A stretch of DNA of 55,911 bases, taken from UHGV virus genome UHGV-1364082; one strand, written 5' to 3'. The position numbers and the translations under genes are program-made. Numbering within the stretch: position 1 is the stretch's first letter; every line of letters starts with the position of its first letter. This document shows positions 15,429-26,445 of this stretch, in pieces. This DNA comes from a virus. The notes beneath the pieces are model-generated. The model was not told the origin of the DNA. It did not search any database and saw only the letters and a list, made by a program, of their open reading frames with translations.

Positions 15429-18400
15429 TTAGTATCCACTAATTACTGCATCTATTTGTATTTCTGCGTAGTTTCCGGATGCATCGATACCGACAACGAG
15501 CGGCCCCTCAAGCAAGTATCCGGATTCGTCACGGGAACCATTCTTGTCGAGGGTTACAGGCTTTTCAGCGGTCAAGCCTGATACGGCTTCAACACCAAAG
15601 GTCACCCCAAGGATGGTCCTAAATGTTTTTTGAGGAATCGGTAGACGTAGTCCGGAAGCTGGCACACGAATGTTGTTGACCGGGAACACAACATCGGGGA
15701 CATCAAGTATAACGCGTATGTCATCAACAATCGCTGATGATTCCCCCGGAGCGAACGTTACGCGTACGTCTAAGACTTCATTCCCCGGAGAGATGTAATT
15801 GGTAGGTGTGGCTTCCCATTCAGCAGGAACAATCGTCGGAAAAACAAAATCCATATCTTGGGCGGGGAAGATGTATGCATATCCAGAGGAGAATAGATAT
15901 GGTATCGTATATTTCCTCCATTCTATCGACTGTACAGTCCCTTGCACGATATCAGGAACGATAAGAACACGTGCACCAACCATATCTCTTGGAATAGATA
16001 ACGAGAACGTATAAACGAGAGGAGCCCCAGAAGATGTAGGAAAGACCAAAGATTTTGCCGTATCCGCGAAAACGAAGTCTTCAGTGGTAGAAGCAAAGAC
16101 GAACGTTTCATCAGAAGCATAAAGTCTGTCTTTTTCTCCAATGGTTCCATTGACGAGAGTTCCGGGCCAATTTTGGTCTTTTTGCGAATACTCGACGAGA
16201 ATATTGTCTGGCCTCACATCACCAAAATCAATAAGTCCGGATATCAAATCAGAGGTAAGCCCAACTTCATCGATAGCCCTCACATAATAACGTCTTGCAT
16301 GTCCTGCCCAAGGTTTGAGATCGAATTTACCGTCAGCAGTATATGGGCTTGTGACTTTAAGCGACATACCGAAAGTATCAGTGTCGTCCATCGCAATAAA
16401 AACTTCAAAGCCAACGACATCAATCGGTTTGTTTTCCATCATAATTGTCAATACATAGCCATCAAGTCCAACCGCGTCAGGGGGTAAAGGAGGTGTTGTC
16501 CGCCCCACGACAGCATGTCCGGAAATAGACGCCCAGTCACTTGCCCAACCTATTTGATTGACAGCTCGTACTTGTACATCGTAAGTGATACCGTTCTGTA
16601 TCTTGACACCCTCAACAATATCCCATCCCTCCTTTACTCCCGAGATATAACACTCTGTAGCCCTGCTCTGTAGGGCTGGAACATAGGACCATACATCGGT
16701 TCCCGTCTGGCGATAGCGAACCTGAACAGTGGTTGAATCGTCCGAGAACTGCCACTCCAGATATATACGAGGCTGACTTCCTCGCCCCGAAGAATATGTA
16801 AGCACAGACTCATCTGAGCGGATTGACGTGATAATCGGCGTTTTGGCTTTACGCAAAGGTCCTGTGCCGGGAAGCGTGATCGAAGGCGTATAGTCAGGAA
16901 TTTGACCATCTTTCTGATAGAGTTCCTCTACATAATCACATAACCCGACAATGGCGGTTAGATTACTTCCCGGCTTGATGCTTGTGACAAGACACATTCT
17001 TCCCACATCATCAACAGTGCCCACCATAACCAAATCAGCTTTTCGGGGAGCGGGCACGGGGGCGGGAAGGGGATCGTCTATGCGCATCGTGCGACCGTCA
17101 TCACTTGTTCCTGTGACAGTCCATTCGCTGCCGTCTCCAAGGCGCACTATCGCGGCATATCGCTGGCCCGGTGTCATCTGGAGTTCCGCATCCCAGCGGA
17201 TAGCCGTAATGTTCCCGGCATCATCAAGCGTCCATGCTACAAGTGCGGCGGAACCGATGCCGTAGAGCACTTCTGGACGCAGTACTCTGATTTTATCTCC
17301 TTTTTTAAGGCGCAGGAACTCAAGCGGCATCGTGACGCTATACTGCTCTATAAGCAGAAGTGCCTGCATAAGATACCAGCGTCCGCGCATCGCGGCGAGA
17401 TCTGGTGTCGTTGTCCCAAAGAGTTCCAGACTCTCAAAAAGCGTCGCGGTATGCTCGTCATAGCCCGGCGCGTATACCGTCAGTTCGTCTTGCTCGTAGC
17501 GCAGATCTTCGGAGACGAACTTGATCTTTACGCCGTGGATAAGTTCCTTGTATTCCCGGCTGCTTTTGAAATCCCGGCTGTTCCTGACGGTGATATGTCC
17601 TACGGGCTGCCCCGGCTGCTCATGCTGCCATACAATCCCAAATTTGCCGTCTATAAGGCATGGGGAACCGCGACCAGCGGCGGCAATGTCCGAAAGCGCA
17701 TCCCATACCTTGCTTTGCGTGTCATAGACACCATCGAAAAGGTAGCCGTTATCGTCGCACCACTCATGCCAGCGCTGGATACTATCAAAATCGATCTCCT
17801 CGTCTTTCCTTGGGCGCAGGTTTGCAGTTCCCCGGAGCACATCGAGAAAAGCGGAGGCCGGGTTTCTTGTTGGACGTACTGTATTCCAGTTTTTTGCCTT
17901 CCGATCCCAGTCAGAAAGTTCCGAAGTAGCGATCAAGGTGACGAGCGGAAGCGAGCCCGAAAGCTGGTTGCTTGCGCGGATCTTCATTCCCATCATTGCA
18001 ATAGGGATATCTCCGGCATACGGCTTTTGGGTCGTATCCGCAGCTCGTATCGCGCTCCAGTACAAGGCATCAACAACGCGTGAACTCGTCGATTCCTGCT
18101 CATTCCTCCTAATTTGTATATCGTACCCTGTTGATGAATACGGAACACGCCATTTGATGCCTTTTCTAACGGCTTTGTCCGGTTCTGCGCTATGCCCGGT
18201 CAAAGTGACAAAGGTATATGCTGTGCTGAATGTTCCCGCAGAAAACGACAGAGTCAGCGGTCCAGACTGCGTTATCGATATTCCGGTTCCGTTAAGTATA
18301 GGTTCAGGAGTAAAAGAGGATATGGAATCCCCGGTTATCGTCACGCGGGCAATGAGCGTCACAAACGACGAAGGCAACGCTGGATTATCAAACTCTCTTC

Positions 18401-19670
18401 TTGAAACAGATACTGTACCAAAAATCTCATGCTTTTTGACTTTCCAGTTCGCAACGCCAATGACACCTGATTGATCGATATACACAAGCGAAGGCGCGGA
18501 ATACGGTTCAGCAGGATGATGTACGGTGTACGGATAAGCGTCACGATCACCTACCGTCTCAGTGTACGCTGGCCAGACAGCAGAAGGTAAAGATACGGAC
18601 TGAGCAGTGACTTTGCTCGTCAGTCCATGCCATTCACCAACAGGTACGCCGACGCCCCCTTTTGTCCTGTATCTGATCTGTACAGAGCGCGAAATGGCTT
18701 TCCTGTTTGCTTTATCGTCAAGTTCATAGAGTCCCTGCGGGGCCTGAATATCCATGCCGATTTCATCGACCCCGGCGCGGGTCGAACGCGTCACCCACCA
18801 ATTCCCGGAATCAAGCTGATTCCCAAGGCTATCCGTGCTCAAAAGCTGGATCGAAAGGCTTTCCTGATAGACGACGGAAGGGAAAATATTCGGGATGGCT
18901 TCCCCTTGATGCCCGTAGCAATACTGAACAAAGACATCCTTGTAGAGGTCAAGATCCGTATCGCCTATCTGCGGATCTTCAAGCTGATATGCGCCGATGC
19001 CGATGACGCCGAGGAAATAAAGATACTCGTCGCTTCCTGAGATTTCCGTGTAGTCGTCCATGATGCGCGTCGGGGGCACAAGATGACGTCCGAACAGGCG
19101 GCGTATCGGCTGCCCGAAGCCCATAGAGTTAGATGAGGCGTTCAGGCTGTATGTGGGGCTGGCAGACAATGATTCTTTGGTATCGTACTTCGGCGGGCGA
19201 ATCGGGGCGATGGCGTCGGCAAGAAGCGAGATGCCGAGGGTGGCTCCAGCCGCAAAAAGGCCATTGACGAAAGCCGCTCCAGCGAAACCCGTAAAAGGTG
19301 CCCATGCAGCGATTGCGATGCCCACGACAGCACCGACCAGCTTCAAAAAGCTGTTGAAGCCGCTTCCGCGCGGGCAAACGATAAGTTCAATACGATCACC
19401 ATGCTGGACACGGATTTTATCATGCGCCCACGCCGGGATTGAAATACCATTAAGCCAAATTTTGCATTGCCCACGGAGACAGTGCGGGACATGGGCCATG
19501 TCGCAAATCGTAGATGCGACATGAGAAAGCGTCACGAGATCGGGGACAGTTCCCGTCCAACGCTTATGTGGAGCCAACGCGTTCGGTATCGCTGAGGCAT
19601 GAACGCGCCCCGGAATCGCCGGAAGCCTCGAGGTCATGATGCGGTCATCGGACACGCCAAAAGCCTCCAA
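15429..19670 (-). CDS. Host-specificity / central tail fibre protein (lambda gpJ-like), 1413 aa.
   Basis: Size and position after the NlpC/P60 tail-tip protein. It is the last large tail gene before the fibre. Confidence 0.65.
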   Translation of the reverse strand: MEAFGVSDDRIMTSRLPAIPGRVHASAIPNALAPHKRWTGTVPDLVTLSHVASTICDMAHVPHCLRGQCKIWLNGISIPAWAHDKIRVQHGDRIELIVCPRGSGFNSFLKLVGAVVGIAIAAWAPFTGFAGAAFVNGLFAAGATLGISLLADAIAPIRPPKYDTKESLSASPTYSLNASSNSMGFGQPIRRLFGRHLVPPTRIMDDYTEISGSDEYLYFLGVIGIGAYQLEDPQIGDTDLDLYKDVFVQYCYGHQGEAIPNIFPSVVYQESLSIQLLSTDSLGNQLDSGNWWVTRSTRAGVDEIGMDIQAPQGLYELDDKANRKAISRSVQIRYRTKGGVGVPVGEWHGLTSKVTAQSVSLPSAVWPAYTETVGDRDAYPYTVHHPAEPYSAPSLVYIDQSGVIGVANWKVKKHEIFGTVSVSRREFDNPALPSSFVTLIARVTITGDSISSFTPEPILNGTGISITQSGPLTLSFSAGTFSTAYTFVTLTGHSAEPDKAVRKGIKWRVPYSSTGYDIQIRRNEQESTSSRVVDALYWSAIRAADTTQKPYAGDIPIAMMGMKIRASNQLSGSLPLVTLIATSELSDWDRKAKNWNTVRPTRNPASAFLDVLRGTANLRPRKDEEIDFDSIQRWHEWCDDNGYLFDGVYDTQSKVWDALSDIAAAGRGSPCLIDGKFGIVWQHEQPGQPVGHITVRNSRDFKSSREYKELIHGVKIKFVSEDLRYEQDELTVYAPGYDEHTATLFESLELFGTTTPDLAAMRGRWYLMQALLLIEQYSVTMPLEFLRLKKGDKIRVLRPEVLYGIGSAALVAWTLDDAGNITAIRWDAELQMTPGQRYAAIVRLGDGSEWTVTGTSDDGRTMRIDDPLPAPVPAPRKADLVMVGTVDDVGRMCLVTSIKPGSNLTAIVGLCDYVEELYQKDGQIPDYTPSITLPGTGPLRKAKTPIITSIRSDESVLTYSSGRGSQPRIYLEWQFSDDSTTVQVRYRQTGTDVWSYVPALQSRATECYISGVKEGWDIVEGVKIQNGITYDVQVRAVNQIGWASDWASISGHAVVGRTTPPLPPDAVGLDGYVLTIMMENKPIDVVGFEVFIAMDDTDTFGMSLKVTSPYTADGKFDLKPWAGHARRYYVRAIDEVGLTSDLISGLIDFGDVRPDNILVEYSQKDQNWPGTLVNGTIGEKDRLYASDETFVFASTTEDFVFADTAKSLVFPTSSGAPLVYTFSLSIPRDMVGARVLIVPDIVQGTVQSIEWRKYTIPYLFSSGYAYIFPAQDMDFVFPTIVPAEWEATPTNYISPGNEVLDVRVTFAPGESSAIVDDIRVILDVPDVVFPVNNIRVPASGLRLPIPQKTFRTILGVTFGVEAVSGLTAEKPVTLDKNGSRDESGYLLEGPLVVGIDASGNYAEIQIDAVISGY

Positions 19671-20064
19671 ACTGCTTTCTCAAATCGGGACGCAACGTCC
19701 AGTCTTCGCACTGACTTCCCTCCTGTCCTTCGATGTGCAGCATGGTATGGGGAAGTTCGACGAGAATGCCCACATGCCAGAGTGCGGGACCGATAAAGAA
19801 AGTCACGATGTCAAAAGGTTGCTCTTCTCCGGCAGCAACACAGGAAAAACGGTCAAGATGCCTATTGAATGCCCGCGACCGGGAACGGCATGTCTCTCCG
19901 TGGGCGTCAGGGTCATCATCCCATGACGGCACGTCAATCCCGGCTTCATTGTGTAGGACGAGGCGTACGAGGCCCCAGCAATCAATGCCACCGTGCAGTT
20001 CACGTCCCCCGATTTTCCACGGGAGGCCAATGTATCTATCAAGCCAGTTGTTGGGACGGTTCAT
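19645..20064 (-). CDS. NlpC/P60-family tail-tip peptidase (gpK-like).
   Basis: GIDCWGLVRLV catalytic Cys motif, and position. Confidence 0.65.
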   Translation of the reverse strand: MNRPNNWLDRYIGLPWKIGGRELHGGIDCWGLVRLVLHNEAGIDVPSWDDDPDAHGETCRSRSRAFNRHLDRFSCVAAGEEQPFDIVTFFIGPALWHVGILVELPHTMLHIEGQEGSQCEDWTLRPDLRKQFGGFWRVR

Positions 20065-20597
20065 GAATGCACCCCCGGAAAATACTTTTTGCTGTATGAA
20101 GGGCCGGGAAAGGGTTCCGTCTCTTGCATGTCTATGCCCATCGTCCCATCCACCGTTGCCCCGCCTATTTCGACGTGTGAAAGCGAGAATCCGGGATAAT
20201 CGGCACGTACAAGGTTCGGTTCCTTTGCGCTCACTTGGTACATGCGTACAAAGATACGAGTCCTGAACGTACGGAGAAGAACGACAAGCTCATTCGTCCT
20301 GAACACAGTAAGAGAGGCCGTAGGTGCCCCATCCTCTTCTTGTGACGGTGGCGTGAGTGCCATTGGGACAAAGATATAGGGGTTGAGTTCCGTCCCCCCG
20401 AGTGTAGACATCACCCCGTATTGCGGTGCTCCATCATCCCACAGCCCGATGCGCTGGATATTTGAAGAGCACAGGCGCAAAAGCCCTTCATAGTCAGGAT
20501 GCGTCAACTCAAGCAAAAAAACGGGGTAATCATCACAATCTCGGTCGAAGTACATTGAGCAATCCAGAGGTATCTGGCTCACGGTAGAACCTCCCAT
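20061..20597 (-). CDS. Minor tail protein (by position).
   Basis: Position between the tape measure and the gpK-like gene. Confidence 0.35.
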   Translation of the reverse strand: MGGSTVSQIPLDCSMYFDRDCDDYPVFLLELTHPDYEGLLRLCSSNIQRIGLWDDGAPQYGVMSTLGGTELNPYIFVPMALTPPSQEEDGAPTASLTVFRTNELVVLLRTFRTRIFVRMYQVSAKEPNLVRADYPGFSLSHVEIGGATVDGTMGIDMQETEPFPGPSYSKKYFPGVHS

Positions 20598-21004
20598 GTC
20601 ATGCTCACTTCACGGTGAAGCGGGCCGCGCTCTTTCACTGAAAAGTCTTCGCTCGCTGACGGATCAAAACGCACATCAAAAAACTCATTGAGATCCGGAT
20701 CAAAGTAGTTGAAGGGAATAACGCCTCCGTTTAAGCCGACTTTCCAGAATTGCCGGAACTGCGCCCACTGGTCGAGCGTCATCACAAAAGTCATGCTCAT
20801 CTTTTCGCCCACGGTGCCCTTGGGCCGGGTCATAGCCGGGCCTTCGTCAGCTTCAAACGTCCAGCGGGAAGCAGGCTGATTTTTTGCCCACGGGTCAGAT
20901 TGAGGGCGCTGCGGAAGAGTAGGAGGCCATATGATCGGTGACATAACGGCTTCTTCACGGAGATTTGACAACGCTCTTGTATTAAAAACCGCCCGAAAAT
21001 TCAT
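20579..21004 (-). CDS. Minor tail protein (by position).
   Basis: Position. Confidence 0.35.
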   Translation of the reverse strand: MNFRAVFNTRALSNLREEAVMSPIIWPPTLPQRPQSDPWAKNQPASRWTFEADEGPAMTRPKGTVGEKMSMTFVMTLDQWAQFRQFWKVGLNGGVIPFNYFDPDLNEFFDVRFDPSASEDFSVKERGPLHREVSMTWEVLP

Positions 21005-21037
21005 GAAGTTACCCTTTACTCTTCGGCTGGAACAGAG

Positions 21038-21778
21038 TTAAGCCTGCGCAGCGGCGATAAGCGTCGCTATGTCCCGCCATTCTCCATCGCCACAGAGCAC
21101 GTAGGTGGCTTGCCCGGCGGCTGCGGGCGGAACAAGGCCGCTTGTCCCGGCTGCCGATGCCGTAGCCCCCTCGTATTCGGGGACGGAGATGATGCCGTTG
21201 TTGACAGTGAGGCCGTCGCCGACCTGGGAAGATGTGATGAACTGCGTCCAGACAGACCAAGATGAACTCGCCATTCTATACTGGCGGATAAAAACCAAGT
21301 CGGCTACAGACGAATAATTGTAAGCAATCTGAAACAAATTTTTGGTGATTGCTCCTTTAACACTTCGAACCACCTGCAAAAAGAAAGCCTGATTTTCCCG
21401 AGGGGCGTTCACGCTCCCTATGGCATTTATCAGATAAAGACCTGCCTCAGTGACGGTATTAAAATCTACGTTGTTTCCAAGTTCTCTTGCGGGCCCAACC
21501 TGTCCCCGCGCACTCGCCAGATCCTCGAGATTTCCCCCAATCGCCACATCTTTCACGGTGATCACGCCGCCCGCGTCGGCCCGCGTGGTCTTCCCGTCGA
21601 CAAGGTTTGAGGCTGTGGCACGCTCAAGTGCCTCGTTTGCCGTGGTTTGTGCCGTACTTGCCGCCGTCGACGCGGCACCAGCCGCAGCCGATACTTGCTG
21701 AAAAAACTGTGTGGTTTGTCGCTCAAAGTCTACACCGGACAACGGGCCGCTAGACGGCTGGTATGAAAAATCAGGCAT
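21038..21778 (-). CDS. Tail protein with fibre-like Ala/Thr-rich N-terminus (distal tail or fibre-like).
   Basis: AAAGAASTAASTAQTTANEALE... and ...GLVPPAAAGQATYVLCGDGEWRDI. Immediately downstream of the tape measure. Confidence 0.35.
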   Translation of the reverse strand: MPDFSYQPSSGPLSGVDFERQTTQFFQQVSAAAGAASTAASTAQTTANEALERATASNLVDGKTTRADAGGVITVKDVAIGGNLEDLASARGQVGPARELGNNVDFNTVTEAGLYLINAIGSVNAPRENQAFFLQVVRSVKGAITKNLFQIAYNYSSVADLVFIRQYRMASSSWSVWTQFITSSQVGDGLTVNNGIISVPEYEGATASAAGTSGLVPPAAAGQATYVLCGDGEWRDIATLIAAAQA

Positions 21779-21797
21779 ACAATCTCCTTACTGCTCT

Positions 21798-24700
21798 TTA
21801 TCTTGAAGTGGGAATCATGCTCATGCCATAGCCCTTACGAAGCACATTGCTTGCCCCCCCACTGCGCTTGACCATGCTACGGGTGACCATTTGGTCAATC
21901 ATGATCTCAACATCAAGGCTTCCGTCTTCATTTTGCCGTTGGTTCGTTTCGACCTGTGCCCCGGCGTTGTTGATGACGGTGACGTTGACAATCTGCTTTC
22001 CCGTTCCCTCCGCCCGGACGCCCAGATTGCCGCCGGAAGTCCGCACAAGCGGCATGACCGCTTCCGGCCCGGCCTCGCCCATGATTCCGCCACGGGCGAA
22101 AGGAGTGAGTCTATCAAACCCGAACAGCGTGGGCTCGCTGACAATACTGTTGGAATACGAGGAGATGCCCGCACCGGACAGGATATTCCCATGTGCGCTC
22201 GGGGTAGCCCCTGCAACGATGGAGTCAGCAAGATTATTGAACTTGATGTTCGTAGACCAATCAGAAAACAGGTTACTCAGTCCACTACCCAACGCACCAG
22301 CCAGAGGCCCGGTGATGTTCGCCCGCACAGTGAGCCGGATCAGGTCGGAAATCATGGAGTTCACCATGTCCGAGAACGATAGCTTCCCGGTAGAAGCGAA
22401 CGCCACTATCGCGTCTTCCATGCTCGAAAAGGCATTGGTGGTCAGGTTCTCAAAACCTTGCGCGAGGTTGGTAGCCTCTGAAAAATACTCTTGCGTCGCC
22501 CGGTACGCCCCGGCCCATGCTTCCCGGCTGTTCTGTATTTTCTGGAGCCGCAACCATTCGTCCGCAAGCTCACGAGTAATGCCCACGTTCCGAATCAGGT
22601 TGTCCGCCTGTAGCGAAAGAAGCTGGTCCACATATTCCTGAGAACGCCCCGCATCCCCCGACAATTGCGCAAGCTCACGGTAGAAGTCGGCGGCGGCTTG
22701 CGCGTCCTTGATCTGCGATTGCAGATTCATAGCTTCGCGGAGTTGGTTCGTTTTCGCCGTCACCTCTGTTTCAGTGAGGCCAAGCCCGTTGAGCCGCGTA
22801 GTCCATTCATTGATGGCTTCCACAATCTCAATAGCCCGCAGTTCCTTGGTATTCCCTTGAGCTTGAAGAAGTTCTTTGTTGAATTCCTTCAACGTGCTGG
22901 TTTTGAACGCGGTTTCGTAATCCGTCTTGAGCTTGTTGATTTCATCGCCGGAAAGTTTCGCCTTAGCCCCTACAGATTCGATTTCCCGCAGGGTCTTGGA
23001 AAGGTCAGTATTGGCCTTTACGTCAGTACCATTCAGACGGTCTATTTCTTCCCGAAGCTGCTGCACCTTTTCCTTGGCATTATCGATTTCAGAAGTGCCT
23101 TTAGTGGATGTCTTGAGCTTGGGTGTTTTCAGATTGTTAATAATTTGTTGCAGCTTTTTGGCGTCATCAGGATTGAATCCCTCAAAAGTTCCCTTGAGTG
23201 CCTTCTCAATTTGTTCTGGTTTCAAATCCTTAAAAGAACTCTGAAGAAATGATGCCGCTGAACGCATTTCTGTAGGGAGACGATTTGTAAAAGCTATGAG
23301 TTCGCTTTGTTTAAGTGCTTCATCAATACCTGAAAGACTTAACAAAGAGGCTTTGGTTACCTGAGAAGCATTTGAGGCTTGATTTAGGCTATTTGTAAGG
23401 TTTTTTATATTGTTAGTTGCATTTTGTATGGTTATTGTTGCTGCATCATAGTTTTTTAACGTGTTTAATACTTCTTGTGCAAATTTAGCGGCATCTTCGG
23501 ATGTTGAACCAAGAAAACTGATCTCCTTTGCCGTTGCGCCGATATCTGCTTTTCCATTTTTAACGTCTTGAAGAAAGTTGCTTACGACTCCGCGAATTTT
23601 ATCAACCGCGTCTATTTCTCCGTTCGTATTAAGATACGATTCCCACGGATTGGCATTAGCCATAAAAGCTAACGCAGTAAGGGAATTTTGCTGATCTCTT
23701 TTAGCTTGCTCTTGTGCCAATTTAGCTTGTGTTGCCGAAAGGTTTTTTATATTTGTTTCGGTGTCTCCAGCCTGCTTTGCCTGTTCTTTAAGAGCCTGAG
23801 ATACCCGCGTGTTTACATCTTTATACCTTTCGGCAATGGCCTCTGATTCGCTTTGGCGTGTAGCGAGATAGGCAACCGCACTAGCCGCAATTGTAAAAGC
23901 CGCGCCCCAAGGACCACCAAAAAAACTGAGTACCCCCGCGCCAACAGAGCGAAGTCCAGAGAGGGCTTTAGAGGCTGCCAAAGTGCTAGAAACCAAAACT
24001 CCAGATTTAGCTTGGAGTTGAGCGATAGCGGCATTTGCTCCAGCTATCTGCTCTTTGTATCCTTCCACGGTAGCAAGCATCTGTTGCCGTAGCTGTGGAG
24101 CGGCATAAGAAAAATTAGGGCCAAAACCTTTTTTGCTGGAAACATAGCTAGACAGAGCCTGTTGTGCGGCCTGTAATTCTAGTTGCTTGTTTTGAATGGC
24201 AGATTGTTTTGCAGTAGCGATTTCTTGGGTTAAGGCTATAGACCTTTCCCTAATGGATTGAGTATCAGCCTGACGTGCAGCCCTCAACGCAATAAGGCCA
24301 GCAACAACAGAAGCGGTCGCAGCTTGGAGGGAATGAAGATTTTCCGTAGTGAACGTGAGCCCGTTATTGAACAGATCTAAAGCCTTAGCAGCGACGCCTC
24401 CGAAAGATTCACCAATTTCCGTGGCAAGGTTGGAAAGTAAACTTTGCGTTGTAGAGGTAAGGCCATTGATGGTTTTGGTATATCTCCCAAAGGCAGAAGC
24501 TAGCGTCCCGGATCGATTTTCCAATCCAGTTAGAGCCTTTTGGTATTCTGAAGCCAGATCGATAAGATTCTTTGCGGCTATCTGCGCCTCTTGAGAACCA
24601 AACAACGAAGATATAGAAGTTCCCGTTTTTTCTGCTTGCTTAGAAATGGTTTGCAAGGCTTTGAGAATATCTCCACCGCTGGACTGCAAAAGCTCCTGAA

Positions 24701-25541
24701 AATTTTCTTTTCCAAGATCGGATAACACTCTCTTGAGGTTTTCGCTTTCCTTGGTGGTTTCAAGAAAAAGGGCCTTAACTTGGGTAGAAGCTGTAGCGGT
24801 GCTTCCTGCCGTCTGAGTAATGATGGAAAGGGAAGCTCCAAGGCTATTGAGGTTAACCCCGGCAATGCGGGAAACACTGGAAAGCTCCCCGATATACGGT
24901 ACAAGTTCCTGAACGGAAGTTTTCCCATATCGTTCAATCGCAAAAAGAGTATCTGCCGCGTCCGTAGCACCCTTCAATTGCCCCGTATACCCTGTCATGA
25001 GCGAAGTCAGGGCTTTAATCGTGTCGGCCTGACTAACCCCCGATGCCTTTGCAGCTTTAGAAGACGTCTCAAGAACATCAAGAGACTTCGCGGTATCGGT
25101 GACGCCCGCAGAAAGGACTTGATAGTATCCAGTCGCAAGCTCAGTATATGACCCTAAAGAGGAGTCGATAGAACGCAAATTTTTGTCTACCGAAGCGAGA
25201 GATTGATCTGAAACCTTCCCAATGTTTACGAGTGCGGTTTCATAGTCGGCATATCCTTTGATTGACTGGCGCAAAAATTCTTCAAGGCCAATCGCGGAAA
25301 GAGCCGTCAATGCTGTTTTTTTGAGAGAAACAAGAGAACCATTCAACCCAGAGACAGCATTTTGTGCTTGCTGCATGGAAGTAGATAGAGCACGTTCGGC
25401 GTTAGTGGCTTCACGTGGTACTATCTTGAGAAATTTGTTTGTCTCTTTGAGGGATTCGGTTACGCCATGAATCGAATTTTGAGCCTCTTTCGATTTCTTT
25501 TGGATTTCCGAAATATTGAAACGAAGAGTAATGCCTGCCAT
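21798..25541 (-). CDS. Tail tape measure protein.
   Basis: About 1250 aa, largely helical and repetitive. Position. ATG at 25541 with GGGGGT RBS (table start is TTG). Confidence 0.85.
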   Translation of the reverse strand: MAGITLRFNISEIQKKSKEAQNSIHGVTESLKETNKFLKIVPREATNAERALSTSMQQAQNAVSGLNGSLVSLKKTALTALSAIGLEEFLRQSIKGYADYETALVNIGKVSDQSLASVDKNLRSIDSSLGSYTELATGYYQVLSAGVTDTAKSLDVLETSSKAAKASGVSQADTIKALTSLMTGYTGQLKGATDAADTLFAIERYGKTSVQELVPYIGELSSVSRIAGVNLNSLGASLSIITQTAGSTATASTQVKALFLETTKESENLKRVLSDLGKENFQELLQSSGGDILKALQTISKQAEKTGTSISSLFGSQEAQIAAKNLIDLASEYQKALTGLENRSGTLASAFGRYTKTINGLTSTTQSLLSNLATEIGESFGGVAAKALDLFNNGLTFTTENLHSLQAATASVVAGLIALRAARQADTQSIRERSIALTQEIATAKQSAIQNKQLELQAAQQALSSYVSSKKGFGPNFSYAAPQLRQQMLATVEGYKEQIAGANAAIAQLQAKSGVLVSSTLAASKALSGLRSVGAGVLSFFGGPWGAAFTIAASAVAYLATRQSESEAIAERYKDVNTRVSQALKEQAKQAGDTETNIKNLSATQAKLAQEQAKRDQQNSLTALAFMANANPWESYLNTNGEIDAVDKIRGVVSNFLQDVKNGKADIGATAKEISFLGSTSEDAAKFAQEVLNTLKNYDAATITIQNATNNIKNLTNSLNQASNASQVTKASLLSLSGIDEALKQSELIAFTNRLPTEMRSAASFLQSSFKDLKPEQIEKALKGTFEGFNPDDAKKLQQIINNLKTPKLKTSTKGTSEIDNAKEKVQQLREEIDRLNGTDVKANTDLSKTLREIESVGAKAKLSGDEINKLKTDYETAFKTSTLKEFNKELLQAQGNTKELRAIEIVEAINEWTTRLNGLGLTETEVTAKTNQLREAMNLQSQIKDAQAAADFYRELAQLSGDAGRSQEYVDQLLSLQADNLIRNVGITRELADEWLRLQKIQNSREAWAGAYRATQEYFSEATNLAQGFENLTTNAFSSMEDAIVAFASTGKLSFSDMVNSMISDLIRLTVRANITGPLAGALGSGLSNLFSDWSTNIKFNNLADSIVAGATPSAHGNILSGAGISSYSNSIVSEPTLFGFDRLTPFARGGIMGEAGPEAVMPLVRTSGGNLGVRAEGTGKQIVNVTVINNAGAQVETNQRQNEDGSLDVEIMIDQMVTRSMVKRSGGASNVLRKGYGMSMIPTSR

Positions 25542-25674
25542 CTTTTCTACCCCCGGATGAATGCCTATGAGCAAACATCACTGGAGGGGAAAAAGCGAGG
25601 CAATGTTGGTATAAAATAAAAAACAAAGCCCCCTCCGCACGTTACAATACAGAGGGGGCTTTGTTAAATAATTT

Positions 25675-26322
25675 TTAAACTGACGATGCCATTTTTAAAG
25701 AAACTAATTTTTTTTGTAATTCATCCAATTTAAGAACTAATTGAGGAAATAAAGGTTTTTCCTCAGTATCATTAATATGTTTTATGGCAGTTCCCACACA
25801 TGATATGATTAACATTCCATTACCACGAGTGGCCTCTGTTACCGTCAAAGTTACTCCTGATAAAGCATTTCCTCCTTTTTTTAAGGATTCCATTTTGGCA
25901 ACATTAATCGCCCTAGCCTCACCTGTACGGATTTTTTCAAAATAGGCTACAGATTCTTGTCCAAACAAATCAGTAAAGGCAGAAGCTATTTCTGTAAATG
26001 GGCCTGTCCCAATAACAGAATACCCTGAAACCATTCCCTTAATTTCAAATTTCCAATCTTCTGGGGGAGGCGTTGTGAAAACTTGTATTTTTTCTAATTC
26101 TTCTTCTGTAACAGATTTTAATTTTGTCTTTAATTCTTCAATATTAGCCTCTATATCGTTTTCTACTTCTGCACGTTTCTTTACAAAGCATTGCAGACAA
26201 TAATCATCAACATTTTTTCCTAATTGTTTGAGAGCTTGTACGGCAGAATCACTAGGTCTGTCAGCTTTAAATAATCCAGTGAATTTATTACCACATACAC
26301 AGCATTTCTCTGCATCAGACAT
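25675..26322 (-). CDS. Zinc-ribbon protein with C-terminal YbjQ/DUF74-like domain.
   Basis: CCVCGNKF...CLQC, then ...YSVIGTGPFTEIASAFTDLFGQ...GEARAINVAKMESLKKGGNALSGVTLTV. AT-rich. GGGGG RBS before M11. Confidence 0.45.
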   Translation of the reverse strand: MSDAEKCCVCGNKFTGLFKADRPSDSAVQALKQLGKNVDDYCLQCFVKKRAEVENDIEANIEELKTKLKSVTEEELEKIQVFTTPPPEDWKFEIKGMVSGYSVIGTGPFTEIASAFTDLFGQESVAYFEKIRTGEARAINVAKMESLKKGGNALSGVTLTVTEATRGNGMLIISCVGTAIKHINDTEEKPLFPQLVLKLDELQKKLVSLKMASSV

Positions 26323-26445
26323 AAATTTCCCCCTTTTACCCCCACCCTCCACATTTTCCGGCGCATGTCAACCGCTATTGAGCGCACGATGAACAACCTG
26401 TTGACTTTCTAACTCCGGTATGGTTCGGAATCGGCAGGAGGAGTT

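Noticed and set aside
21847-22641. Long plus-strand ORFs inside the tape measure gene (also 22665..23252).
   Set aside because: They are antisense to a well-supported tape measure gene and have low-complexity translations.
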